Below, piece after piece: positions 9,014-18,338 of a DNA stretch of 64,000 bases (positions are counted from its first letter, which is position 1; every line of letters begins with the position of its first letter). Position numbers and translations under genes: made by a program. Source of the stretch: Candidatus Woesearchaeota archaeon. GTDB lineage: Archaea; Nanobdellota; Nanobdellia; Woesearchaeales; JABGUJ01. The stretch is taken from the NCBI GenBank assembly GCA_018646625.1, contig JABGUJ010000001.1:5534-69533 (forward strand), given 5' to 3'. The notes under the pieces were generated by a model. It was given only the letters and a program-made list of their open reading frames with translations, was not told where the DNA came from and searched no databases.

Positions 9014-10729
9014 ATGAGCTTTAAAGAAGAAATCTATGAATTGCTAAAAAAACACAACATACAAAACATCGAACTAGAGGTTCCTCCAGATTCAAAACTG
9101 GGTGACTTCGCCCTACCTTGTTTTACGTTAGCAGAAGAAAAGAAAAAAGCTCCAAATGCAATCGCAGAAGATCTTGCAAAAGAGATTCAACCAGAAGGTA
9201 GCGTTAAAGAAGTTAAGAACGTTGGACCTTATGTTAACTTTTTCATAGACAAGTCTAAACTTGCAGAACAAACAATCAAAAAAATATTTCAAGAAACAGA
9301 TCTATACGGACATTCTAAAGATGGAGAAGGAAAAAAAGTAGTAGTAGAGTTTCCTGCTCCAAATACGAACAAACCACTACATCTTGGCCATATGAGAAAC
9401 ATGGCTCTCGGCGCGTGTCTGGCGAATATAATCGAATGCCAAGGTTACAAAGTATTCAGAGTAAACCTAAACAACGATCGAGGAATTCACATTTGTAAAA
9501 GTATGCTGGCCTACAAACTTTGGGGAAACAACAACACTCCAGAATCTGATAAAATAAAGTCGGACCATTTTGTGGGTAAATATTATGTTGAATTTGCTAA
9601 GAAAGAGAAAGAAGATCCTAATTACACAGAACAAGCTCAAGAAATGTTAAGAAAATGGGAAGCAGAAGATTCTGAAATTAGATCATTGTGGGAAAAAATG
9701 AACTCTTGGGCATTATCTGGCTTCGATTCCACATACAAACACTTTGGATTACGACCTTTTGATAAAGTATACTACGAAAGTAATACATACAAAGATGGGA
9801 AAAACATCGTGTTAGAAGGATTAGATAAAGGACTATTTCAAAAAAGAGATGACGATGCAATTGTCGTTGATCTAGAAAAAGAAGGTCTAGGAGAAAAAGT
9901 ACTAGTAAGAGCTGATGGCACTACCGTATACATTACTCAAGACTTGCATCTCGCTAATCTAAAATACAACGAATTCAAATTTGATAGATCAGTTTATGTT
10001 GTTGCAACAGAACAAAAATATCATTTTAATGTACTCTTCACACTTCTAAAAAAGTTACAGTACCCTTTCGCAGAAGGATGCTACCACTTCTCATACGGTA
10101 TGGTACATCTCCCCGAAGGAAGAATGAAAAGTCGAGAAGGCACAGCAGTTGACGCTGACGATTTAATGACGAAGATGGAAAATATGGCTGGAGAAGCAAT
10201 AAAAGAACGACACAAAACACTGAGTAAAGATGAAGTTAAAAGCAGAAGTCAAGAAGTAGGCATCGGAGCAATCAAGTTTTATCTTCTAAAAAACGACGCC
10301 AACAAAGACATGACTTTTAATCCTAAGGAAAGCTTATCTTTTGAAGGAGACACAGGCCCATATCTACAATACACGCACGCAAGAGCATGCTCAATCTTAA
10401 GAAAAGCAAAAGAAGAGAAAGACTTAACTCCAAGTGCAGACATCGCATTCAATAAATTAGCAGATAAGTCGGAGTTAGCATTAATAGATACTTTAGCTCA
10501 GTTCCCCTCAAAAACCGAAGAATCATTCGCAGGATATAAACCACATCTCATTGGACAATATCTTCTAACACTAGCAAGAGCGTTCAACGAATTTTATCAC
10601 AGTTGTCCTTGCATTAAAGAAGAAAATGAAGAACTTGCAAAAGCCAGACTATCATTAATTGATTGTACAAGACAAACAATAAAGAATGGTCTCACCTTAT
10701 TAGGTATAACAGCAATTGAAGCCATGTAA
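9014..10729 (+). CDS. argS: Arginyl-tRNA synthetase
   Basis: Class I HIGH-type motif PLHLGHMRN, anticodon-binding C-terminal domain, 571 aa. Confidence 0.9.
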   Translation: MSFKEEIYELLKKHNIQNIELEVPPDSKLGDFALPCFTLAEEKKKAPNAIAEDLAKEIQPEGSVKEVKNVGPYVNFFIDKSKLAEQTIKKIFQETDLYGHSKDGEGKKVVVEFPAPNTNKPLHLGHMRNMALGACLANIIECQGYKVFRVNLNNDRGIHICKSMLAYKLWGNNNTPESDKIKSDHFVGKYYVEFAKKEKEDPNYTEQAQEMLRKWEAEDSEIRSLWEKMNSWALSGFDSTYKHFGLRPFDKVYYESNTYKDGKNIVLEGLDKGLFQKRDDDAIVVDLEKEGLGEKVLVRADGTTVYITQDLHLANLKYNEFKFDRSVYVVATEQKYHFNVLFTLLKKLQYPFAEGCYHFSYGMVHLPEGRMKSREGTAVDADDLMTKMENMAGEAIKERHKTLSKDEVKSRSQEVGIGAIKFYLLKNDANKDMTFNPKESLSFEGDTGPYLQYTHARACSILRKAKEEKDLTPSADIAFNKLADKSELALIDTLAQFPSKTEESFAGYKPHLIGQYLLTLARAFNEFYHSCPCIKEENEELAKARLSLIDCTRQTIKNGLTLLGITAIEAM

Positions 10730-11245
10730 TTACTTCAAGCCATAATGTTTTCTTAAAAGAAATAATAACTCAGGATGAAACTTTCCACCCTCTTCAATCA
10801 GTTTCTGAATCTCATCCATTGTAAAGTATTCAACCTTAATCACTTCTTCAGGATTAACTTCAAAAGGCCCATCAAAAACAACTTTGAAAGTTTCTAAGAA
10901 CTTCTTCAATCCTCTATCATCATCGTAAACATCTCTGTAAAGAAATCCTATAGGCATTTCCGTACCAAGTTCCTCCTTAAACTCTCGCAAGGCGCCCTGC
11001 ATATACGTTTCACCTGATTGAACATGCCCTCCAACTGGCGTACTCCAATGCAAAGGACAAAATGACTTATGTTCGCTTCTTAACTGCAAAGCTAGCTTAC
11101 CTTCATTATTAAAAATAAGAATATGAACTATCCTATGAAGTAATTTTTTCTCATAAATCTCAGAGATTGAGGCTTTACCAACAACTTGATCTTTATCATT
11201 TACTACATCAAGATATTCCATAGAAATTAAAGAATAAGAAGGCAT
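10730..11245 (-). CDS. NUDIX hydrolase
   Basis: Nudix box GGHVQSGETYMQGALREFKEELG. Confidence 0.8.
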   Translation of the reverse strand: MPSYSLISMEYLDVVNDKDQVVGKASISEIYEKKLLHRIVHILIFNNEGKLALQLRSEHKSFCPLHWSTPVGGHVQSGETYMQGALREFKEELGTEMPIGFLYRDVYDDDRGLKKFLETFKVVFDGPFEVNPEEVIKVEYFTMDEIQKLIEEGGKFHPELLFLLRKHYGLK

Positions 11246-11262
11246 TTAATAATCTTTTGTAG

Positions 11263-11838
11263 CTATTTAATAAGCCCCTTCTTCTCAAGAAGAAGATAAG
11301 GATAACCTCTCTTATCAGTATCTATATGATCTATTCCAAGTTGCTTTGCAAATTCCTCTAATTTTTGCCGAGTCAAGCTCACACCACCAAAATCTTTAAG
11401 TGCCTCTATCTCAACAAAAAAGCCAAGCTCAGCAACTTCATCCAGCGCAATCTCAAACTCATCATTAAAGACATAAGTTTCCCTTTTCTTATTAACCACG
11501 ATCAATGATTTAATATTCAGCTCAGAGAACATTTTTTTAATCATCTCTGGATTTGCCACTTCACTCTCATATTCATCACAATGTGTTGTAATTTCAACAT
11601 TCTCTGGATGAAAGTGTTTGTAGTTAAGTATAGCTTTATTTCCTCTCTTTCTAATACTCAACCACTCAAAAGGATAATCTGGCTCAACAAAATCCCTATT
11701 AGATAAAGTAAAATACTCATCGGTTTGATTTGAAACCCCTGCAAACTTCGCCTTCTGCTTAAGCACGGCCTTAACAGATGAAAAAAACATCTCGCTTACA
11801 GGGATCTTAATCTCCACTTCAATATTATCACTAGCCAT
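11263..11838 (-). CDS. CYTH-domain protein (triphosphate tunnel metalloenzyme / class IV adenylyl cyclase-like)
   Basis: N-terminal ExExK signature (NIEVEIKIPV) and overall 190-aa size. Confidence 0.65.
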   Translation of the reverse strand: MASDNIEVEIKIPVSEMFFSSVKAVLKQKAKFAGVSNQTDEYFTLSNRDFVEPDYPFEWLSIRKRGNKAILNYKHFHPENVEITTHCDEYESEVANPEMIKKMFSELNIKSLIVVNKKRETYVFNDEFEIALDEVAELGFFVEIEALKDFGGVSLTRQKLEEFAKQLGIDHIDTDKRGYPYLLLEKKGLIK

Positions 11839-12834
11839 CTAGATAGATACCTTAAAGTCGCTTCTTGCTTTGTTCTCTAACAAAGAATCACCAATACCTT
11901 TACCTACAAAAAAACTTTGTTCAGTAAAGATCACAGCAAGAGATTCCCAGAATGATCTTGGTTCCTCAAACGCAGCAGGTTTAGCTGTTATGTTCAGCTC
12001 AACTTCAATGTACTCTAGTGCTTCATCCATTCCACCTAAGCGATCAACTAAACCATTCTCTAATGCTTGCCTACCAGTATAATACTGACCAGTCGCCAAT
12101 TTTCTAACTTCAAAATCACTCATGTTTCTATTCTCTGCCACAGTAGAAATAAATTCATCATGCAACTCATCAAGAACATCTTGTATAATCTCTCGTTCAT
12201 CCTCAGGCATTTCCTTAAGTGGCGTACCTAAATCTTTATGCTTTCCAGCAACTAAGCGATTATACGACAAATTGTATCTATCTAAAAAACCATAAAGTTC
12301 AACATAAGAACCAATAACACCAATACTTCCAGTTAAAGACATCTTACTCGCAACAATATGATCTGTAGCAGTACTTACCCAATAAGCACCTGAGGCACCA
12401 ACTTCCCTTATCAAAGCCACCGAAGGTTTATCCATTTTATTGATTCTATTAGATATTTCTTCAGATGCTACAGGACTACCACCAGGAGAATTAACCTCAA
12501 ACAACACAGCTTCAATCAAAGGATTCTCGTCTGCTTTATCAATAAGTTTTACAATACTAGAAGATGCAGCACCACTAGAAGAACCAAAAGAACTAGAAGA
12601 CTCTGCAGTGATTACACCATGAACTTTAATTATCGCAACATTTGCGTCTCCGATTAACTCAGTACCATCAACTTCTACAAATAACAATGCAACTCCAGCA
12701 ATTACCAAACTAACTAAGCCCAGCATCACCAAAAAAAGAACTATGAATACCCACTTAAAAACACTCCCCACATTACTCTTCTTTTCATCAGATTTTTTAT
12801 TTTGCACCATAAAGCACCACATACTCCTGTTCAA
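11839..12834 (-). CDS. sppA: Signal peptide peptidase SppA (S49 family)
   Basis: N-terminal TM anchor, ClpP/crotonase-like core with NSPGGSPVASEE and SLTGSIGV motifs. Confidence 0.7.
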   Translation of the reverse strand: MNRSMWCFMVQNKKSDEKKSNVGSVFKWVFIVLFLVMLGLVSLVIAGVALLFVEVDGTELIGDANVAIIKVHGVITAESSSSFGSSSGAASSSIVKLIDKADENPLIEAVLFEVNSPGGSPVASEEISNRINKMDKPSVALIREVGASGAYWVSTATDHIVASKMSLTGSIGVIGSYVELYGFLDRYNLSYNRLVAGKHKDLGTPLKEMPEDEREIIQDVLDELHDEFISTVAENRNMSDFEVRKLATGQYYTGRQALENGLVDRLGGMDEALEYIEVELNITAKPAAFEEPRSFWESLAVIFTEQSFFVGKGIGDSLLENKARSDFKVSI

Positions 12835-13315
12835 CTTTTGTTTTACTAATTAACTCACTTAAACGTCTATTATCTTTATCAAAGAAAATATAAATTGGAT
12901 CTATTATCCAAAGCAACATAAATGGAAACACTGGTATAATAAACAAATTTCTCAAAAAAGCTTGCAAGTAAGTTAGTTCTCCTGTTTGAGATACAACCTT
13001 TACTCTAACCAACATCTGTCCAATGGTTTGACCAAATTTATATTGTAAGACCGACAAATATATCCAAGCCAAAATTGATATAACCATCACAGAAAAAAAC
13101 AACATCCCGTAATTAGGAGAATTCGCAAACACTTTCTGATATGCAGAAAGAGATAATTCCTCTGCACCACTAAAAAGCCTTAAAAATAAATTCTTAAACG
13201 ATTCAATGATCACAAAATCAATTATAATCAAATCAGCCAATAAAGAAATCAGCCTTCTAAGAAGTGAAGCATTACCAGTCACCTTTTTATTCATATCTGG
13301 AAGATCAAGATCCAT
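12797..13315 (-). CDS. RDD-family membrane protein
   Basis: RRLISLLADLIIIDFVII N-terminal RDD-like motif plus three TM helices. Confidence 0.5.
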   Translation of the reverse strand: MDLDLPDMNKKVTGNASLLRRLISLLADLIIIDFVIIESFKNLFLRLFSGAEELSLSAYQKVFANSPNYGMLFFSVMVISILAWIYLSVLQYKFGQTIGQMLVRVKVVSQTGELTYLQAFLRNLFIIPVFPFMLLWIIDPIYIFFDKDNRRLSELISKTKVEQEYVVLYGAK

Positions 13316-13400
13316 AGATTAAACTAGAAAAGGACGTTATTTAAACTTTGCCACCAATTCAATAGTAATACTTAAAAAGCAAATAACTATATCACCAGTT

Positions 13401-13685
13401 ATGGAAAAAGAAATAGCAGTAAGAAACTACTACGTAATATTCGTAATTGCAACAATCTTATACGTTCTTTCTCTTGCAAAATTCATTGCAGGAGGTTCTG
13501 ACTGGACTCTGTTTGCATTTTCGCTGCTAATCATGTTCTTATCCTTGTGGGGATCTGTAATTGCAAAGAAACTTCTAGGAAATAAGAGAAAGCCAGCTAG
13601 AAAAGTAGTTGTAAGAAGACGAAAAGCTGTCAAGAAGACCCCTACCAAGAAAAAGCCCGTAAAACGCAAAAAACGAAGGAAATAG
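13401..13685 (+). CDS. Small membrane protein with poly-basic C-terminal tail
   Basis: Two hydrophobic helices then KRKPARKVVVRRRKAVKKTPTKKKPVKRKKRRK. Confidence 0.35.
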   Translation: MEKEIAVRNYYVIFVIATILYVLSLAKFIAGGSDWTLFAFSLLIMFLSLWGSVIAKKLLGNKRKPARKVVVRRRKAVKKTPTKKKPVKRKKRRK

Positions 13686-13748
13686 GCGCTCTAATTCTAT
13701 TTAGTTTTACAAAAGATTTATAAATAGCCCTTTAATCGATTGAAATAT

Positions 13749-13823
13749 AGCGGGGTAGGGCAGCCAGGAGTGCCCGTCGGGCTCATAACCCGGAGGTCGG
13801 AGGTTCAAATCCTCTCCCCGCTA
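13749..13823 (+). tRNA. Initiator tRNA-Met (anticodon CAT)
   Basis: Cloverleaf read by hand: acceptor AGCGGGG/CCCCGCT with A1:U72, anticodon loop CTCATAA, G29-31:C39-41 in anticodon stem, T-arm GGAGG-TTCAAAT-CCTCT, discriminator A, no encoded CCA. Confidence 0.85.
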
Positions 13824-14251
13824 CTGTTCTTTTGGGGCTTTAGGCATGTTTAGGCTAATACAGTAGAGATTAAAATGTCAAGACGAATGCCACACCACAT
13901 AAGTCATAGATTACTAATTAGAGAACTGCAAGCTGCAGATCCAGATTTTCCGTCTAAACCCGCAAAATCAAGAACGTATCTGATTTAGAGACCAGACTTT
14001 ACGCGGGCGTTCATAAAGCAACATTCAAAGATGGTTCCGTATTCTACGTCAAAAACTCAGATGGACTAGCAAAACCGTTCGCATTCGAAGATGAAGAAAC
14101 AGGTAGAGCACACCTAGGTTTCTACCTTCACTTAAGAGATTTAGAATTTTATCATCCTGAAACTAGATTTATTCTATCAGAAGGAGAACATGGATTCCGA
14201 ATACTTTGTGCCTCACCAGAACTTACTACAACCTTAACAAAAGATAGAAAA

Positions 14252-14449
14252 ATGAGACTAGAACAATTTCCTGAAGATCAATACTGTTCCCAAAGAGATA
14301 AATTATTAGCAATTGCAGATAGAGAAATGTACCATGGAGATATAACTCAAAGCAGAAATTACGGTGCAACTGAATCGGGAGTTCTATACTACCATGATTT
14401 GCACATTTTCAAGGCAATACCTTCTGAACTAGTTCATCTTCCACTATAG
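14252..14449 (+). CDS. Hypothetical protein; possibly the 3' remnant of a longer disrupted ORF (frame open from 13958 without an ATG/GTG/TTG start)
   Basis: First in-frame ATG at 14252 but the reading frame is open about 100 codons upstream; overlapping frame-0 mini-ORF 13875-13988. Confidence 0.25.
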   Translation: MRLEQFPEDQYCSQRDKLLAIADREMYHGDITQSRNYGATESGVLYYHDLHIFKAIPSELVHLPL

Positions 14450-15228
14450 TGCAACACCTTTTTCTCCAGAAGCATGAATAACTTGTTGATTGCATACCCC
14501 AATACTCCTGTTAGTATAATGGCAGAATACATTTCAGGAATCTTATAAACCAATTGAGCATCTAAAATTCTATGACCTAATCCTACATTTGTACCAATGA
14601 ACATCTCCACCACTATTACTATAATCAAACAAAGCGATACTCCAAGACGATACCCTGTTACGATTTCAGGTAAAGACTCTGGAAGAATAACATGTCTAAA
14701 TAATTTAAAACCCTTAGCCTTATAGGCTCTTGCTGCTCTTAATCTTAACTTGTTGGCGTGCTTCACACCATACATGGAATTAACTACAATTATCAATGTA
14801 GAACCCCATACGGCGATTGCAATCTTAGCTGCGTCCCCTATTCCAAAAAAAAGCAAAAACAATGGAAACAAAGCAGTTGCAGGAATAGATCTAAAAAAAT
14901 CTACAACAAATTCCAAAGAATAATACACTTTTTTAAAATAACCCATCATCATTCCAATCGGTGTACCGATAATTATAGCAAGAAAAAACGAAACAAATAC
15001 TCTAACAAACGTTGCACCAACATCAGGTAAAATTTCCGCACTTAAACAAAGCCCTACAAGCTCACTAAACACAGTCCAAGGACCGGGAAGAAACAACGCA
15101 TTCACTAATTCTAAACTAGATGAAAACTGCCAAATCAAGATAATTAAGAGAGGCGTTAACAACATGTATCCTGTACGTCTAGTACCATCCTTATCCGAGA
15201 GAGTTTTGAGAAATTCTAACCTACTCAT
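14434..15228 (-). CDS. ABC transporter permease (NitT/TauT family, SsuC/ThiX-like)
   Basis: Six TM helices and EAA-like loop AARAYKAKGFKLFRHVILPESLPEIVTG. Confidence 0.8.
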   Translation of the reverse strand: MSRLEFLKTLSDKDGTRRTGYMLLTPLLIILIWQFSSSLELVNALFLPGPWTVFSELVGLCLSAEILPDVGATFVRVFVSFFLAIIIGTPIGMMMGYFKKVYYSLEFVVDFFRSIPATALFPLFLLFFGIGDAAKIAIAVWGSTLIIVVNSMYGVKHANKLRLRAARAYKAKGFKLFRHVILPESLPEIVTGYRLGVSLCLIIVIVVEMFIGTNVGLGHRILDAQLVYKIPEMYSAIILTGVLGYAINKLFMLLEKKVLHYSGR

Positions 15229-15989
15229 CTTGCCCCCCCATCATCTTCAAAAAGATCTAGAACTTTGTTTCTAATCTTGTAGAACCGTTCATCACGTAAC
15301 ATCTCAAGAGTTCTAGGTCGAGGCAAATCAACTTTAACAATCCCTTTAATTTCAGCAGGACGTTTAGATAATACTACAACCCTATCAGCGAGCAAAACAG
15401 CCTCATCAATTTCATGAGAAATAAACAAAGTGGTCTTCTTGTTTTCTCTCCAAATCTTCAATAATTCCATCTCCATTTTCCTAGAAGTATGATAATCCAA
15501 AGCAGAAAATGGTTCATCCATCAACAAAACATCAGGATTAAATGCTAAAGCTCTACAAATTGAAGTTAACTGCTTCATTCCCCCGGACAATTGATACAAA
15601 AATTTATTGTGGTGTTCCCATAAATTTACTTTCTGCAACAATTTGTTACCAACTTGTTCCCTTTTCGCTTTAGACACACCTTCCATCTCCAGACCAAAAG
15701 TCACATTGTCTATCACAGTTCTCCAAGGGAACATACTATCATGATAATTCTGAAAAACAAAACCCACTCTTGCATGCTCGGGATTTTTTTTATTTATAGT
15801 AACTCTACCTTCAAAGTCAGTTTCTAATCCACACAAAACATTAAACATTGTAGTCTTACCACACCCGTTAGGACCAAAGAAAGTTACAAATTCTCCCTCC
15901 TCAATATCGAGAGAGATATCTCTAATAGATTCAGTAACTGGATCATCATAATATGTTTTTTTAAGATTCTTGATCTTTATGTAAGTCAT
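15225..15989 (-). CDS. ABC transporter ATP-binding protein (NitT/TauT family)
   Basis: Walker A GPNGCGKTT, signature LSGGMKQ, Walker B LLMDEPFSALD; overlaps permease by 4 nt. Confidence 0.88.
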   Translation of the reverse strand: MTYIKIKNLKKTYYDDPVTESIRDISLDIEEGEFVTFFGPNGCGKTTMFNVLCGLETDFEGRVTINKKNPEHARVGFVFQNYHDSMFPWRTVIDNVTFGLEMEGVSKAKREQVGNKLLQKVNLWEHHNKFLYQLSGGMKQLTSICRALAFNPDVLLMDEPFSALDYHTSRKMEMELLKIWRENKKTTLFISHEIDEAVLLADRVVVLSKRPAEIKGIVKVDLPRPRTLEMLRDERFYKIRNKVLDLFEDDGGAR

Positions 15990-16485
15990 CTTGTCTCCCG
16001 TTCAAATAAAGTTGAGTTTCGGTAATAGCAGCATTCATACCTAAAGCCCAAGCACCCGCACAGATCATTGTTATTCCTGGCTTAGGAGTACCAGAAAGAT
16101 AATGAAATGCAGTAAACACACCTATATTAATCGCATATAACGTCAACATTCTAGGATACGCACTTTTTCTAGTTGTATATTTCTGAGGAATAGATCTATA
16201 GACCCTGCCCAAAGCAACACTATATGTCAATTGAAAAGCTAGTTGTTTTACAACAGTCAAAACACCTCTTCCGCTGCCGTCTTCATTCACACCTAAAGTA
16301 ATTGCGTAAAATCCACCATTTTTAGCAACTGCAAAACCAAAGTCTACTTTGTTCACAGTCTTAAAAAGATGTTTTGCACGTTCATAATGATTAAAGACAC
16401 AACCGCAAAGCGATTCGACAGTATCATTAATACGGATGCTAGTTTTCAGAACTATATCCTCTAATGAACCTCGATTAAATTCCAT
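15961..16485 (-). CDS. Hypothetical protein in the ABC transporter operon
   Basis: 174-aa ORF overlapping the ATPase start by 29 nt; no recognised motif. Confidence 0.35.
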   Translation of the reverse strand: MEFNRGSLEDIVLKTSIRINDTVESLCGCVFNHYERAKHLFKTVNKVDFGFAVAKNGGFYAITLGVNEDGSGRGVLTVVKQLAFQLTYSVALGRVYRSIPQKYTTRKSAYPRMLTLYAINIGVFTAFHYLSGTPKPGITMICAGAWALGMNAAITETQLYLNGRQDDLHKDQES

Positions 16486-16493
16486 GCTCCAAC

Positions 16494-18338
16494 CTAATAA
16501 AACAACCCGCTAACATTAATTCTCGAATCAAGATGCCCTGCCTCAAACATTTTATCTGCATAATGTTGTACTGACGTAGAATCCAAATCATCAGATCCTA
16601 AGAAGGGCACAATCATCAAATGTTCAACCATTTCTGAATCCACGTTTGCATATTCAATCAAGTATTGTGCAGCAATCTCGGGATTATCATTGATAAACTT
16701 CGCAGCTCGATCTTGTATTCTAACCAATTTATCCGCCAAAAGAAGATCATCAGTAACCAAATCAGAACTCATCACGCTACCAGATACCAAATCAGTGAAG
16801 TAAGTTACATATACCGCATCAACTAATGCCTTAGCAATTCCTTTTTGTATTGCATAAGTACCCATAGGCTCTAAAACCAAAATATCATCAACACTACCCG
16901 ATTCTAATGCATCGACAAGCAACGAAGGCGCCATTTGTATATATTCAAAAAATACATTTTCCGTACTCATAAGCTCCTCCACAATAACTTTAACACCAGA
17001 ACCAAGATATATCCCTAAGGTCTTGCCTTCAAGATCTAGTATGTTATTCATATCAGAATCCGCTTTAACTAAAATTCTTTGCAAAAAATGATCCTCATCA
17101 CCCTTAGCCAATCCAAATATCTTAACCGCATCCGAATGTTGTTGCTGAAGATAAAATAACGCTAAAGTATTCACACCACCAAAAGAAGCATGAACCCTCT
17201 CCGCAAGTATGGCCTCAATCATTGTATTGGTAGATTCAAACATAACGAGCTCCGCACTAAGTCCTTCGTCTTCAAAATAACCCTGTTCTTTCGCAACAAA
17301 CACAGGAAGATACTGCCCATGACCTCTATATCCAATCACAACCTCATGAACAGCACTCGGAGATTGATAGTAAATATTGCTAGTATCAACTTTAGTATCA
17401 AGAATATTTTCTTCATACAAAATATTAGCCATCTCTTGTGTTTTTTCTCTAAATTCATAAGTCAGATCAGAAGATTCTCCTAAAACATAAAACTGAGTAT
17501 ACGGAGCAATCTCTTCAGTCAACTTAGTATACTTAGGTAACAATTTCTTTGCTTCAAACTCATTTTCTTTAATGATTTTTAAAGCACGATCAAAAGCCCT
17601 GACAACTTTATCGGCATCAGCAGGACGACGTTCAACAAAATCAGATGAAAAAAATCCTGCACCAACAGGATAAGGATTCATAATATATTTGGCCCTTGGA
17701 GCTTTTTCTAGTATCTTAGCCATACCTTGTGAAACACCAATTGAACAGAACGGCTCAATAGTCAACAACGCATCAAACTGTTCATCAACTAATCCTTGTA
17801 ATTGTAATAACTTATCAACTTGTATAATTTCAGCAGCATCTTTGCTACCAAAAACATTCTTGAATATCAAAGTTAAACTAAGTTTTTGTGTTGTACCAAT
17901 GTACGTACCAAAAGATTTGCCTTTTAATTCAGAGATATCCGTTACATTAGAGTCAACATTGACCATCAAACAAGATCCTGAATGATTCAAGTTTTCAAAA
18001 GCAGGATAGAATATCTGAAATGCTCCAGGACTCTGTTCCTCAATCGGCAAATAACTAGTAACACCAATAAAAGCTTTATCAATTCTCCCTAAAACAACAT
18101 CATTCAAAAGAGTATTACCATCTCCATATTCAATATATTCCGCTACTAACCCTTCATCTTCCAAAAAACCATTCTCCAAGACAATAAAATCAGGAAGAAA
18201 TGCGCTAAGTTCCAGATAACCAATTCTAACTGGCTCACCATCTACTAAATTACCATTAACAACATTGCCAGTACCACAACCAAATAAAAAAAGTAAAAAA
18301 GTTAGTAAAATAAGTATTGTTCTCATTCTACACCCCAC
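16494..18338 (-). CDS. Lipoprotein with two tandem NMT1/SsuA-like solute-binding domains
   Basis: Lipobox LFGCGTGN; two internal repeats each starting with an RIGY/VIGY-type motif (PVRIGYLELSAFLP... and VVIGYRGHGQYLPVFVAKEQGYFEDEGL). Confidence 0.7.
   Translation of the reverse strand: MGCRMRTILILLTFLLFLFGCGTGNVVNGNLVDGEPVRIGYLELSAFLPDFIVLENGFLEDEGLVAEYIEYGDGNTLLNDVVLGRIDKAFIGVTSYLPIEEQSPGAFQIFYPAFENLNHSGSCLMVNVDSNVTDISELKGKSFGTYIGTTQKLSLTLIFKNVFGSKDAAEIIQVDKLLQLQGLVDEQFDALLTIEPFCSIGVSQGMAKILEKAPRAKYIMNPYPVGAGFFSSDFVERRPADADKVVRAFDRALKIIKENEFEAKKLLPKYTKLTEEIAPYTQFYVLGESSDLTYEFREKTQEMANILYEENILDTKVDTSNIYYQSPSAVHEVVIGYRGHGQYLPVFVAKEQGYFEDEGLSAELVMFESTNTMIEAILAERVHASFGGVNTLALFYLQQQHSDAVKIFGLAKGDEDHFLQRILVKADSDMNNILDLEGKTLGIYLGSGVKVIVEELMSTENVFFEYIQMAPSLLVDALESGSVDDILVLEPMGTYAIQKGIAKALVDAVYVTYFTDLVSGSVMSSDLVTDDLLLADKLVRIQDRAAKFINDNPEIAAQYLIEYANVDSEMVEHLMIVPFLGSDDLDSTSVQHYADKMFEAGHLDSRINVSGLFY

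Noticed and set aside
13430-13669. Minus-strand 79-aa ORF overlapping 13401-13685
   Set aside because: The plus-strand alternative has two clean TM helices and a coherent basic tail; the minus-strand translation is low-complexity.
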